DNA from: Balanoglossus misakiensis
Lineage: Eukaryota > Animalia > Hemichordata
DNA: 64,000 nucleotides
NCBI GenBank assembly: GCA_040954595.2
Contig: CM082592.2
Span: forward strand, 3,674,735 to 3,738,734
Direction: 5' to 3'
Below are positions 41,625 through 52,071 of this stretch, piece by piece (position 1 is the stretch's first letter; every line of letters begins with the position of its first letter). The translations under genes and the position numbers were made by a program. The notes under the pieces were generated by a model. It was given only the letters and a program-made list of their open reading frames with translations, did no database searches and was not told where the DNA came from.

Positions 41625-42950
41625 TTGATCATTCAGCCCATGCAATCGGACATGACAACTCTGTCGGAAAACACCAATAAGGTCGTGCCAGTAGTAAATG
41701 TTATTCCAATCGAGGCAAGTGCAAGCAAGACAGATTGCTGTCAAATGACGAACGAGGGCTTGAACACAAAAGCAGTGTACGATTTGTTTCCAGATTTTTC
41801 AGATGAAGACTCATGCATGGAATTCGCTCGATTATCCTGCAGTTTGGACGACGACGTATTCACCGAAACACAAATTGGATCAATGTCAGGCGTTTCAGAG
41901 AAGCTTAGTGACAAGACACCAGCGGTGATAAAAGACAACGCGTGTACCAAGACGCAGCAACGTCCATCATCGATTGATCTGCAGTCACCCTTCTCAACTT
42001 GGAATATCAGTCCCATGTCTGGTATCGATTCCGCACCGGGTAGATTTTACTACATGCGTTTGGGATCCATCTCCGATGCCGAAGAAAGTGATACTGGAGT
42101 CATCGACAAGGTATCGGACTGCTCCGAGCCTATGCACAACACACTGCCACATTTTCCATCATCTCCTATCGACATCCCATTAACACCGGATGCCGTTAAG
42201 GATGACTCTGAGTCGATAGCCTTATCAAACGGCAACACAAGGATGGGGGCTACAAACAAGTCAATGCTTCTTCCGCGTCATAACGAAGAAGGCGATAATC
42301 TTAATGCTTATGACATGATGTCAACGAGGCGTAAAAAGTCCACGAAGAATAAACCACGTGATTTGGACAAACATGAAACTTCCCCCCAAATGGAAGACCA
42401 ACTGCCAGCCAAATTATCTACGCCGCGTTCAAGGTCTAAGAAGACTAAGCCACTTGGTCGGAAAAAGCGTGAAACTTCCCCCCAAATGGAAGACCAACTG
42501 CCAGCCAAATTATCTACGCCGCGTTCAAGGTCTAAGAAGACTAAGCCACCTGGTCGGAAAAAGCGTGAAACTTCCCCCCACACGGAAGACCAACTGCCAG
42601 CCAAATTATCTACGCCGCGTTCAAGGTCTAAGAAGACTAAGCCACCTGGTCGGAAAAAGTGTGAAACTTCCCCCCACACGGAAGACCAACTGCCAGCCAA
42701 ATTATCTACGCCGCGTTCAAGGTCTAAGAAGGCTAAGCCACCTGGTCGGAAAAAGTGTGAAACTTCCCCCCACACGGAAGACCATCTGTCAGCCAAATTA
42801 TCTACGCCGCGTTCAAGGTCTAAGAAGACTAAGCCACTTGGGCGGAAAAAGCGTGAAACTTCCCCCTACATGGACGAACAACTGCCAGCCAAAAAATCTA
42901 ACAAAGCTTCGAAATCGAACAAGACTAAGTCGCACAGGGTGAACAAATAG
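41625..42950 (+). CDS. Disordered protein with acidic N-half and basic repeat tail
   Basis: 441-aa ORF. The C-terminal half is made of Lys/Arg-rich 32-aa repeats. Confidence 0.7.
   Translation: MIIQPMQSDMTTLSENTNKVVPVVNVIPIEASASKTDCCQMTNEGLNTKAVYDLFPDFSDEDSCMEFARLSCSLDDDVFTETQIGSMSGVSEKLSDKTPAVIKDNACTKTQQRPSSIDLQSPFSTWNISPMSGIDSAPGRFYYMRLGSISDAEESDTGVIDKVSDCSEPMHNTLPHFPSSPIDIPLTPDAVKDDSESIALSNGNTRMGATNKSMLLPRHNEEGDNLNAYDMMSTRRKKSTKNKPRDLDKHETSPQMEDQLPAKLSTPRSRSKKTKPLGRKKRETSPQMEDQLPAKLSTPRSRSKKTKPPGRKKRETSPHTEDQLPAKLSTPRSRSKKTKPPGRKKCETSPHTEDQLPAKLSTPRSRSKKAKPPGRKKCETSPHTEDHLSAKLSTPRSRSKKTKPLGRKKRETSPYMDEQLPAKKSNKASKSNKTKSHRVNK
42374..42895 (+). repeat. 96-bp (32-aa) coding tandem repeat, ~5.5 copies
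   Basis: ETSPxxEDQLPAKLSTPRSRSKKTKPxGRKKx, with anchors at 42374, 42470, 42566, 42662, 42758 and 42854. Confidence 0.95.
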
Positions 42951-43150
42951 GACCATTGAATCGAACGAATTAAATGCATAAAATAACCATTGTTCCGTAT
43001 AACATACTATTAATTGTACCGATATGTCGTTTCACCGACACTGGTTATAGTCTAACGTTTTTAGTTTGAATGTATGAACGTTCTACTATACGCATGGGTT
43101 GTAGTGCTGTTCGTGAACCTGTCAATTATTGCGAATAAAGTGTTCTGATA

Positions 43151-44212
43151 TTAAATATACATTGACTCGTAATTCTGTTGCATGTTCAGATCTATCTTTG
43201 GTGGTCTTGCTTGTACATCTGTAGAGAATTCATAATTCAAGCAGAACGATCCAACTTGTTTTGTAAAACAAGGTGTCTCTAACCCTCTCTTCCCTATTCC
43301 AACATAGCCCATACTCTTACACTGACTGAATATATTATCGTCGCTAGAGTAACTGAGAGCTGGATATGCGTAATTAAACGCAGGGTTGCCTCCATTCGAC
43401 CTCATTCCTACCACATAATGTAATTTAGATCCCGAATATGTGATTCCGTCTGTTCCGCCACTCGACCATTTAGCATTTGGTACTGGTGTAATGTCTGTCA
43501 CGCCAGAATACATACACGTAATTAAAGGAATATGCCATCCGTGAAAGACTTCTTGACCATTGAATGACTTCATGAAACCAATGGGACTGAAACAATTCGT
43601 AAACATTTCAGGTGAATCGATAAGACTCAACACAAGTTCGATTGAATCCAGACCATAGTTTTCGTTGGCATACCTAATGTAGTCATCGTAATTAAACACC
43701 TCATTAGCTACAGTCTTCCAGTTTGACCGTTCCCTTTCATCTGATGCCTTTTTAGTGATAATGTTTTGTAACCATTTCAATGGCATCGCCTTCTTAAATT
43801 CACCCCTTGGGCCACGAAATTGGTACTTTGGGAAACCAACCGCTGACTGACCATAATTAAGAGTCACTTTCTCTGGGCCAGTATACAATAGCAAGAAATC
43901 GCCTCTGTTGAAAAAGTCTCCCAAGTCGTGGTTAAATGGTCTGTTAGTGCACGTGATATCGTGCGTGTATTCCCTGATTGTCTTATAATCAGGATTTACT
44001 TGATCTGCAAATAAGGGAGCTACTAATGGACCGTCGGTTTGCGTGAATACATTGTGTAAATCCCATGGGTCGTGATAACTGGGCGTGTCGAACGGGGGAT
44101 ATAGCGTCGGATTTGGGACTGGGTTTATTCTCGACCGTGTGACAACATCCCTATGGACACCTTGATAAGTAGGTTTCCTGTTAGGATATGGAAATAAATC
44201 AGCCAGTTCCAT
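43151..44212 (-). CDS. Possible second triplex subunit / capsid-associated protein
   Basis: 353 aa. The pattern RGDFLLL..FSPIGFM..MYSGVTDI..W..GSKLHYVV..VG is reminiscent of triplex folds. Weak evidence. Confidence 0.35.
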   Translation of the reverse strand: MELADLFPYPNRKPTYQGVHRDVVTRSRINPVPNPTLYPPFDTPSYHDPWDLHNVFTQTDGPLVAPLFADQVNPDYKTIREYTHDITCTNRPFNHDLGDFFNRGDFLLLYTGPEKVTLNYGQSAVGFPKYQFRGPRGEFKKAMPLKWLQNIITKKASDERERSNWKTVANEVFNYDDYIRYANENYGLDSIELVLSLIDSPEMFTNCFSPIGFMKSFNGQEVFHGWHIPLITCMYSGVTDITPVPNAKWSSGGTDGITYSGSKLHYVVGMRSNGGNPAFNYAYPALSYSSDDNIFSQCKSMGYVGIGKRGLETPCFTKQVGSFCLNYEFSTDVQARPPKIDLNMQQNYESMYI

Positions 44213-44355
44213 TTCGTGTAATAATTGTGCAATGCACCAACTTGTTTAATATGTATCTTTATGTTTGTTGCACTCGGATGTAAAAAAAAGTCCACTCATT
44301 ACACTTCTTACATACTGCATTCTAACGCGCACACTGCGTGTGTTTATGGTCACGT

Positions 44356-44610
44356 CGCATTTAATTCATCATTATATTAATTGTAGTTGACAAAAGGACT
44401 TGAATAAAAAACAAATACGCTCATGACGTATCCTTACATACCAGACTCTAATGCATATGCTATGTTTGAGCGCGTACATGACGCATTTAATTCATCATTA
44501 TATTAATTGTAGTTGTCAAAAGGAATTTAATAAAAAAAACAAATACGCTCATGACATTTCCTTACATACCAGACTCTAACGCATATGCTATGTTTGAGCG
44601 CGTACATGAC
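44356..44610. repeat. 126-bp tandem duplication
   Basis: cgcatttaattcatcattatattaattgtagttg...tatgtttgagcgcgtacatga at 44356 and 44482. Confidence 0.92.
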
Positions 44611-44696
44611 ATATTGAAATCCGTCTAATTCAACGCACATCGTAACGATATCAGTTCGTATCAAGACGAATAATTGTTCTTTAGTTCCTGTCTCTT

Positions 44697-45089
44697 CTAT
44701 CTAACCATTTTCATATGGATAGGTTCCACTCCCGATCGCCCTTCATATCGAGCACATATAGCACTGTCTTGTAAGAGTCTGATCGTATACATCTCGGCTG
44801 CCATCTGAAGACTGTCAAAAGCTTGTCGAGTAAATTTGATCTCTTTTGAATGATTTCTGCGAACGATCTCTCTAACTATAGATTTGAAAACCGGTTCGTC
44901 GATGACGAATGGATGTCCTGTATAAAAATAATAACAGTGAATATTGAACGAGTATCACGGCCGCTAAAGTTATTGTGAATTAAGCGTCAGTTCATGCCGG
45001 AGTTATTGAGTGTACATACCGATGGTCGGTGAACGATTCTCTTTGATTGAACATCTTTGCTTGTACGGTGAAAACGCTTTCCCCCGCAT
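44697..45089 (-). CDS. Spliced histone H3/CENP-A-like histone-fold protein, 96 aa (exons 45089-45020 and 44917-44697)
   Basis: FVIDEPVFKSIVREIVRRNHSKEIKFTRQAFDSLQMAAEMYTIRLLQDSAICARYEGRSGVEPIHMKMVR aligns to the H3 fold. GTATGT donor, TTATTTTTATACAG acceptor and 102-nt intron. TATATA lies ~60 bp upstream of the ATG. Confidence 0.8.
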
Positions 45090-45241
45090 GATGATACGTC
45101 TTTTGAGAAGTCTGAACCCGAACTGTCCTTGATAGACGATACTAAGAACTATATACAAGAGTTATGTCACGTGGTAATAGACATCGATATGAATGTACTA
45201 ATTTAACTGCTTCACATGACAAGCTATGCATTGTGTAGACC

Positions 45242-45439
45242 GACATCATGACTACTTACTCCGACCTGTGATGCCAAACTGTAGTTCCCATGTTTTATCA
45301 CCGCATACTGCACGTCCTGGCGTCCTCACATCATCATATGTGCGACTTTACACTTTGAAATCATGACATCGTGATTACTTACTCCAACATGTGATGCCAT
45401 ACTATATTTCCCATGTTTTATCACCGCATACTGCACGTC
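45242..45439. repeat. 75-bp direct repeat pair (45242-45316, 45365-45439) in divergent promoter region
   Basis: gacatc.tga.tacttactcc.ac.tgtgatgcca.act.ta.ttcccatgttttatcaccgcatactgcacgtc twice. Confidence 0.85.
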
Positions 45440-45568
45440 GTTCTTAGACTATTTCATGATGCCACCGATGCGACTTCACGCGCTTATATATATGTGTGTA
45501 CACACACACGACCGCATACCCATCTTGTTCACATCGCCAATAACCGAGAAGTCCACACAAGTGTTGAC

Positions 45569-47188
45569 ATGGCCGAACTATTCAGTGTTTCAATAAGGAG
45601 GCCGGTCAGTATCATTTTGTAATACCTTTTCCGTATTTTTACATCTTCGGGTGGCATAACCCCCACCTTTTATTTCTTTACTTAGGTGAGTATGTGGCAT
45701 TTGAGACACGTAAATAAGGACGCGAAATGTAAAGCTATGGGAATAGCCAAGAAATTAGAGACAGCGCCCACTAGCGGCCGAAAAACAATGTCGAAAGGTG
45801 AGTATCGCGCGTTCGTCAGATATGCGTTATATTTAATGGTTTTGCGTTTCTGTGCGGTCGTTGATGACCGAGCCAATGATCCGTGTAAAATCAGCACCCA
45901 TACTTCGAGATATCGGTGGTTTCTTGAACCATTGTATTTTATTCCGGTTTCAGGCACGAACATCGTTCTACACAATTCAGTACAGTGTTCACAGCCCTTA
46001 CCCGAAACCTCTCACGTATTGGACGCCTTGACTAGAGTACATTGTGTGATTGAAGGCTGTTACAACCCAAGTGCCAGAATAGTCAGCACCGATAATGTAC
46101 ACGGTCTAATGCACGCTGTGCAGATGGCATACAGAAAAAGCTATCCGTTGGTTTTGAGTCCAGATATTGTGTGGTTGTGTATTTCACAAGGATTTATGCA
46201 ACACATGTGCTCCGACGACCGTTTGTACCGCCTACTAATCAAAACTCACGAGAATACAAGCGTTGAATCTACCATGTCCCACCTCGACGACAAGTCAGAA
46301 TTTGGGGAATGGAAAACTGCGTTAATCGACTTGTCAAACCATGTTCGCGAAACCCTAGGAGAGTGTAATTACGGAATGATGACACCAGACTTTACCACAA
46401 CCAGCCTACAAGATAAAATTGTAGGAGATTTGACAGTGTCTGCCCAAGTGGACCCGAAGTTTTCGTATTTGCTGCAACCAGGTGAAGTAAAAAATCAGCG
46501 TCCTTTGACTTCGAATGGAATTCCCTCTATTTTTTTAGAAGGCTGCCTAGATGATTGGACGGCGATCCGGCGTAATACTGTCAAATTGGGGTGTTATGAT
46601 CTGAACTGGTGGACCGATGGTGTGGTAAAAATTCTTGACAAATTTATAAAGGCGAAAGAAGGAGTGATCGACAGAGAATTCTGGTCAGGCATATATGAGG
46701 CAAGTATTGTAAAGGAGATTGCATGAATTATTGTATTTACCCCTCGTAGTTGTCTCGAGTATCAATTATTTTGAACCATGTATATGTATTCCGCGGTTAC
46801 AATCATAACACGTTTGTGTTTTGGGGGTTTTCTGTGGGGTGGGGGGTGGGGGTGGAATACCATCCCTTATACATCGTCTCTTTCGCTCTCTCATTATCAG
46901 ATGGTTGAGTACCCATGTGGCCCATGTATCACCGGGTGGATCGTCGACCTGTTTCCGTATTTCATGTACAAACAGGACCGAGAATCAACAATACTGGCGG
47001 ACTCTTTTCCATCTGGTCTGTCGATAAACCCTTTCAACGTGGGACAATCCGCAGAAGTCTCGAAACTGGCGCTTGTAAGCGGGTTCATGGGAGTATCTCA
47101 AGACGCTGATACACTAGCTCTCAGACCGGAATTGGGATGGGTCGTTCTCAACCACAACAAGAACAACGGCTCACCGACCAAGATATAA
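45569..47188 (+). CDS. DUF4419-like protein, spliced (candidate introns 45605-45685, 45798-45953, 46700-46900)
   Basis: AY..SYPLVLSPDIVWLCISQGF, PDFTTT, GIPSIFLEGCLDDW, FWSGIY, ITGWIVDLFPY and LVSGFMG..LRPELGW. Splice junctions keep the frame. Confidence 0.7.
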
Positions 47189-47470
47189 CAGTTGATATTG
47201 TAAAATATGTTTGAAATCATTCGTTATACAGAGAATAAAATAGAGTCGATGCGCGTGCGTAGGTTTGACAAGAGAACATTGTTACCTGTATGCATGGAGA
47301 GCGTCCAAAAGTATGAGGCTCCCATTTCTTAGACATGGCGAAATATGGCCACCTTGAAAGTGTTTGTTAAAACGTTATACAATTTTAGAAGGAAATATAT
47401 CACACTTGACACAATAACTTCTGTCCGCGTATTTATTTATTTATTTAGTAAAATACAAGTTCTTTTATAT

Positions 47471-48859
47471 TTACTGGGTGAACATATGAGGATGAATATT
47501 ACGCTTTATGGCAGAATCTCTGTTTTCTCCGTGTTTATTTTTCTCTTCTTTGGGAGTGGACTGACTGGAATCTATGTCGGTCTCTTGTGAAGTTTCGGTG
47601 TGTATAAGGTGTCTCGTATTCCCAATCATTTCGATGTCCGGAGGTAACCTCCCCCGGTTATTCGCAATAGCATACGCGGTAGAAGTTGATGAAGGTACAT
47701 ACCCACCATGGAACGCGAGCAGTAATCCGTGATATACAGTCAATATGGCCGCTCGGATCACCCACGCTGTATACAATATTTTCCCCCATAAAGGTCCGAC
47801 ACTGTTTATAGGACAGTGCCTTGCATCTCTTCCAGCTAAATTTGAAGAAAGTATACTTTGTATACACTTGTCTTCAGAGACAATGTCATGTACACTGTAA
47901 CATTTCGGGAACGCAGGTATCCCATCGTTTACACATGGCCCGCTAATGAGAAAAATGCCATGTTTGAGTAAATCCAAGACAGCATATGCTACCGAGCTGA
48001 GGGCAAAAATATAAGCCACTACAGACAGTACCCGGACAACGCAGGTGTCTTCCTGTTTACGATTGGACTCTCGATATAGCAAGACTTTACTCCCTTCTAA
48101 GTAATAACTCAATATACAGTTCACTAAAAATGCCATCGTTGGGGGCCATGTTATTAGCTCATATTTACCATAGGATGGTAGCAATTCGACAAACAAACAA
48201 GCTATCATAATTATCATTCCAAACAAATACTTTGTAAAGGGAATATTCCCGTATACAAACGACTGATATTGTCTGTCGTATATGTGAAACTGCGTATCTG
48301 TAGTACATCGTTCTTGCCCGCGTGTATGTATATGTATTAACAGTGGTAAAACTCCGCTTGGAACATATCTCAACAGACACATAATTATGTAATACATGGC
48401 TGCTGCTTCTCGTCCCAATCTCACGTCCGGACACCGTTCGTAGTCCACGTTGAATTTCAGAGGATTTTGTACAGACAGGAAGCGAGTACATTGAGCCAGT
48501 GACATATTTAGACATTGCACGTTCGTTCTCACATCCCGTTCGGCAGTGGAACAGTTAGCCAAGTGTTCCATTATATTAAACATCAGAGACACGTTTGCAC
48601 AAACGAAAAGTAGAATACATGCCACCGAGGCCAATTTCGATAGTATCGTATGCACCATCACATCCCGTTTTTCGTGCGATTCACTAGCAAATTTAGAACA
48701 CAAGTAATATACTATAGCCGGAAAGATGACTTCATAGTCTACCAGTGAATATATGTCCGTTTGAAAGAGAATTTCTACTAACCACGTTAAGAGTAGGCAC
48801 AATACAATGATAGTGGCCCAAAATTGGTCTTTCATTATTCCAATATCATACAATAACAT
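47471..48859 (-). CDS. Multi-pass membrane protein (~8 TM, internal duplication)
   Basis: Two similar hydrophobic halves, each with a Cys-rich loop ending ERCP or RHCP. Confidence 0.7.
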   Translation of the reverse strand: MLLYDIGIMKDQFWATIIVLCLLLTWLVEILFQTDIYSLVDYEVIFPAIVYYLCSKFASESHEKRDVMVHTILSKLASVACILLFVCANVSLMFNIMEHLANCSTAERDVRTNVQCLNMSLAQCTRFLSVQNPLKFNVDYERCPDVRLGREAAAMYYIIMCLLRYVPSGVLPLLIHIHTRGQERCTTDTQFHIYDRQYQSFVYGNIPFTKYLFGMIIMIACLFVELLPSYGKYELITWPPTMAFLVNCILSYYLEGSKVLLYRESNRKQEDTCVVRVLSVVAYIFALSSVAYAVLDLLKHGIFLISGPCVNDGIPAFPKCYSVHDIVSEDKCIQSILSSNLAGRDARHCPINSVGPLWGKILYTAWVIRAAILTVYHGLLLAFHGGYVPSSTSTAYAIANNRGRLPPDIEMIGNTRHLIHTETSQETDIDSSQSTPKEEKNKHGENRDSAIKRNIHPHMFTQ

Positions 48860-48919
48860 TTACGGGATCGAATGCACGCAAATACAAAATATATATATAT
48901 GTTAAGTTTTTTAGGGTCC

Positions 48920-49771
48920 TTATCGCCTGCAACTAGGAAACACAGGTATCTCAGTCATTAATTTACCGCGTCCGACACATACAAATGATCGGGTGTTTTT
49001 GAAAACAGCGTGACATCCTTTGTCGAATTCTTCTGGAAACCTTGGGTCCCAACCAGCCTCCTTCAACATTCTGGTGAACGCAGACTCTGTTAATATTTGA
49101 CTCAATTTGATAACTTTGGGTGATTCGGTCGGGTCTATTTTGTCTTTGAAACGTGTAAATAACCCCTTTTTACGCGATGACTCAAGTATCAATTTAGGCA
49201 TTCCAGTCGACTGATACAATCTGATATCACTATTCCTGACACACTTGCGGACACAATCGTCCATTTTACACCAATCTATATATTTGTCTTTGAATTCAAC
49301 ACGCTTAAACTGCACGGGGATACTGGTTGGAGGTACAGGTAGAGATATTTCACGACCGTCACCCCTCATTACCCAACGGAGCTGTTGCCAGTTGCATAAC
49401 ATGGTTACATAATACTGTTGTAAATCCACATATTGTTTCCCAAGCAGATCTATTGGTACATCACATTCTCTTATATCAACAAACACAGTTTTGTCATTAG
49501 TTGCACACCGAACAGGTATGTTTGCATATGCGCACACGTATGGGTTCGGCAACTCCAAATCGTCGACAGATTGTTCATAGGAACCAAATCTCAAACAGTC
49601 TGTGCTACAGTCTAAAACCACTGTGACCCGAGGTGGTAATTGATCGATATGCAATGAGAAAAAAGTGGATTCTTTGGCTGTGTCCATCTTTGTGACACCA
49701 TGACCTAAAACATTAATACATTTGCTCACGTTCATCCATGTATTAACACATTCACACGTCGGTTGGTTCAT
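48920..49771 (-). CDS. Hypothetical protein
   Basis: 283-aa ORF, no recognised motif. Confidence 0.6.
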   Translation of the reverse strand: MNQPTCECVNTWMNVSKCINVLGHGVTKMDTAKESTFFSLHIDQLPPRVTVVLDCSTDCLRFGSYEQSVDDLELPNPYVCAYANIPVRCATNDKTVFVDIRECDVPIDLLGKQYVDLQQYYVTMLCNWQQLRWVMRGDGREISLPVPPTSIPVQFKRVEFKDKYIDWCKMDDCVRKCVRNSDIRLYQSTGMPKLILESSRKKGLFTRFKDKIDPTESPKVIKLSQILTESAFTRMLKEAGWDPRFPEEFDKGCHAVFKNTRSFVCVGRGKLMTEIPVFPSCRR

Positions 49772-49864
49772 CTACATTTATTTTACTCGTGCGAAACATT
49801 TGAAATCTAATTACTGACAAAACTGAGTGTAAAAAGGGTGTTACGTGTCTTGGTATAAGTTATA

Positions 49865-51109
49865 ATGAGTTATCTGAGCTACCGTTGCGGCGGTAACCGC
49901 GACAAGAAATACCCCAAAAAAACAGTTTCGTATAACGATCAGAACCTAACGCCGAACTTCCCTGAACAACAGATCCATTCACTGGTGAACCTTCTACAGA
50001 ACGTTAATTTAGGACAAGGTGCCCTTACGCAAGATGTCCCTAATGAACAGGTACAAAGTTTGCGGCCAAAAGTGTTGTACGCAAAAAAAGCTCATGGAGA
50101 GAAGAGTTCGGAAGCATTCTCTGGCCTTTTTGGGCGCAAAATCCCGCCCGTCGTTTTTGCGAACGAATTAGACTCTCCGGGTTGGGACGTATGTCTGGAG
50201 ATGGTATGGGAACCTAATTTCCGTATTCTCGACGAAAGGAACACTCGTAAATGTATTGACTTGAGTGTAGCTTCCAAACAATATGACGCTGTAGTCAGAG
50301 AAGTTGGTACAGCACCTTCTAAAACAGTTTGGCGATTATTTCGACCGGAAATGATTGGCGCTATTCGGCTTTTGTCACCCCACAGACATTTTCAAACACC
50401 AAAGTGGGAACCCACTGAAATACCAACATGTCCAGAGTTTGCGTCATGGGAGTCTGGCAGTCGTCGTCTACTGTCAGAAGAAGTCAATTTCTTATTAACA
50501 CCAGAATGCGAATACAATGCATGTACCTTAATGGTGAGTGAGGCATTGAGTGAGCACTTCGGTGATTGTTACGACCTTCGCACAGACGTTATTGATGTAG
50601 AATCATGCGCTAGACGCCTGGGCCAAAAACCAGAGAAGTTGGCGGAGCAGATGATTAATACGTTCTTAAAATGTACCTACTTTCGCCAGAGTGGGTGTTG
50701 GCTATCTAAGCAATCGACAACTTATCGCGATATAGCGATTTGGAAATATAGTGGGCTGCGTCCGTCACACCTGTTTTCACACGACGGACAACACATGGAA
50801 AGGCATGTTGTGCGGCATCACCCGACCAGATGTGAGTTGTTCATACCAGATGGTAAACACAGTATGTGTTGCAGACCATCCCATCTATGCTATGGTTCGT
50901 GCAAAGCAAACTCAAGAGACATGGAATTGAGAAAGGCAGTATCTAATTTATTATCATTGATCGACGACAGTTCAACGCATAATCACACGTGGTTAAAAGT
51001 ACAAACACATATAGATAGTTTAGCTGAATTATTAAATCCACGCGGCTACGTTAATCGAGAAGTTAATCACCCGTTTGACCAGGACACCATCCCAGTATCC
51101 ACAGAGTAA
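49865..51109 (+). CDS. His-Me finger (HNH/His-Cys box-like) endonuclease domain protein
   Basis: GCWL..VVRHHPTRC..CCRPSHLCYGSCKANSRD fits the RHxC..CxNPxHLxxGxxxxNxxD pattern. Confidence 0.75.
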   Translation: MSYLSYRCGGNRDKKYPKKTVSYNDQNLTPNFPEQQIHSLVNLLQNVNLGQGALTQDVPNEQVQSLRPKVLYAKKAHGEKSSEAFSGLFGRKIPPVVFANELDSPGWDVCLEMVWEPNFRILDERNTRKCIDLSVASKQYDAVVREVGTAPSKTVWRLFRPEMIGAIRLLSPHRHFQTPKWEPTEIPTCPEFASWESGSRRLLSEEVNFLLTPECEYNACTLMVSEALSEHFGDCYDLRTDVIDVESCARRLGQKPEKLAEQMINTFLKCTYFRQSGCWLSKQSTTYRDIAIWKYSGLRPSHLFSHDGQHMERHVVRHHPTRCELFIPDGKHSMCCRPSHLCYGSCKANSRDMELRKAVSNLLSLIDDSSTHNHTWLKVQTHIDSLAELLNPRGYVNREVNHPFDQDTIPVSTE

Positions 51110-51182
51110 GAATGTTTACGGAGGAAGCAGGTGTAACCGGATATATTTCCGAACGACACCCATCTGACGACAACTTCTTGAA

Positions 51183-51689
51183 AGGCACATAAGCTGCAAC
51201 TCTTGGGATAATTATCATAATTTTTGTTTCAAACTGTACTACCATTAGTCTATGCAGATGAAGGCAGAGAAATAAACACAAGCATTATAAACCCTAAATA
51301 TGAGTGGATATGCAAGTTCTAAGCAGATAAATAATAAAGCTTTGCCGCAAGCGATTATGGCCGCAACCGTGGGGAAATAAAAAAAAAAAGAAAATGTTGC
51401 ATTTCCGGTTATGAAACTTTATAAACAAAACATGAACTCATCCACTTGAGCTCATGGAATTAGTAAATGTACACCACTGAGACATTGTATTTTCCTTTTT
51501 CTTTCCAATATTGCTCTTTTTTTAAACATTGCAGGAATTTTGGTTTTTCTTCAATTTGTGGCCATTTTGTCATAAATACGTGTTGAGCTTGATATATTAT
51601 CATGAAATATCATTTAATAGACACGATTAGAAGCATATACGAGATTATTTAAAACTTTAATTTTTTGTCCAGTTGCAGCTCATGTGCCT
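51183..51689. mobile_element. Non-autonomous DNA transposon (Kolobok-like termini), 507 bp
   Basis: 19-bp TIR AGGCACAT(A/G)AGCTGCAACT with one mismatch, flanked by TGAA/TCAA (degenerate TTAA-like). AT-rich non-coding interior. Confidence 0.7.
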
Positions 51690-52071
51690 TCAAGTCTTTC
51701 TTTCCGGCTATCTCTTTCGCGTGATTACGGATATGAATACTTCTCACTCTAAGGTATTTGTACGCAACAGGTTACTCTAAAATGACTCAAGTGCACAGGC
51801 GGTCATCACGGCCTCCTCCAGATGCAAATATTTCACGTTACTCACTACGTGCACATTTTCAGGTGGAATAATATGCATGGTCGTGTAGTCGTTATTTTGG
51901 TTTTTCCTCTGTTTTGAGTTTGAAAGGTTTGGTTTATACCCTTGTCGATAGTTGCGTCAGTATCACATTTCATAGAGAATTCCTCGTTCTGTCGCATAAC
52001 TGCAAATCATAAGTAATCCCGGCGTCATAAAATTATCTTCCACATATGTACGCAACCTGATCATTTCCAAT

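Noticed and set aside
41420-41640. Splicing of the 40962 ORF onto the 41625 ORF
   Set aside because: The candidate donors (GTATGA, GTAAGG) are phase 1 and the acceptor at 41636 is phase 0.
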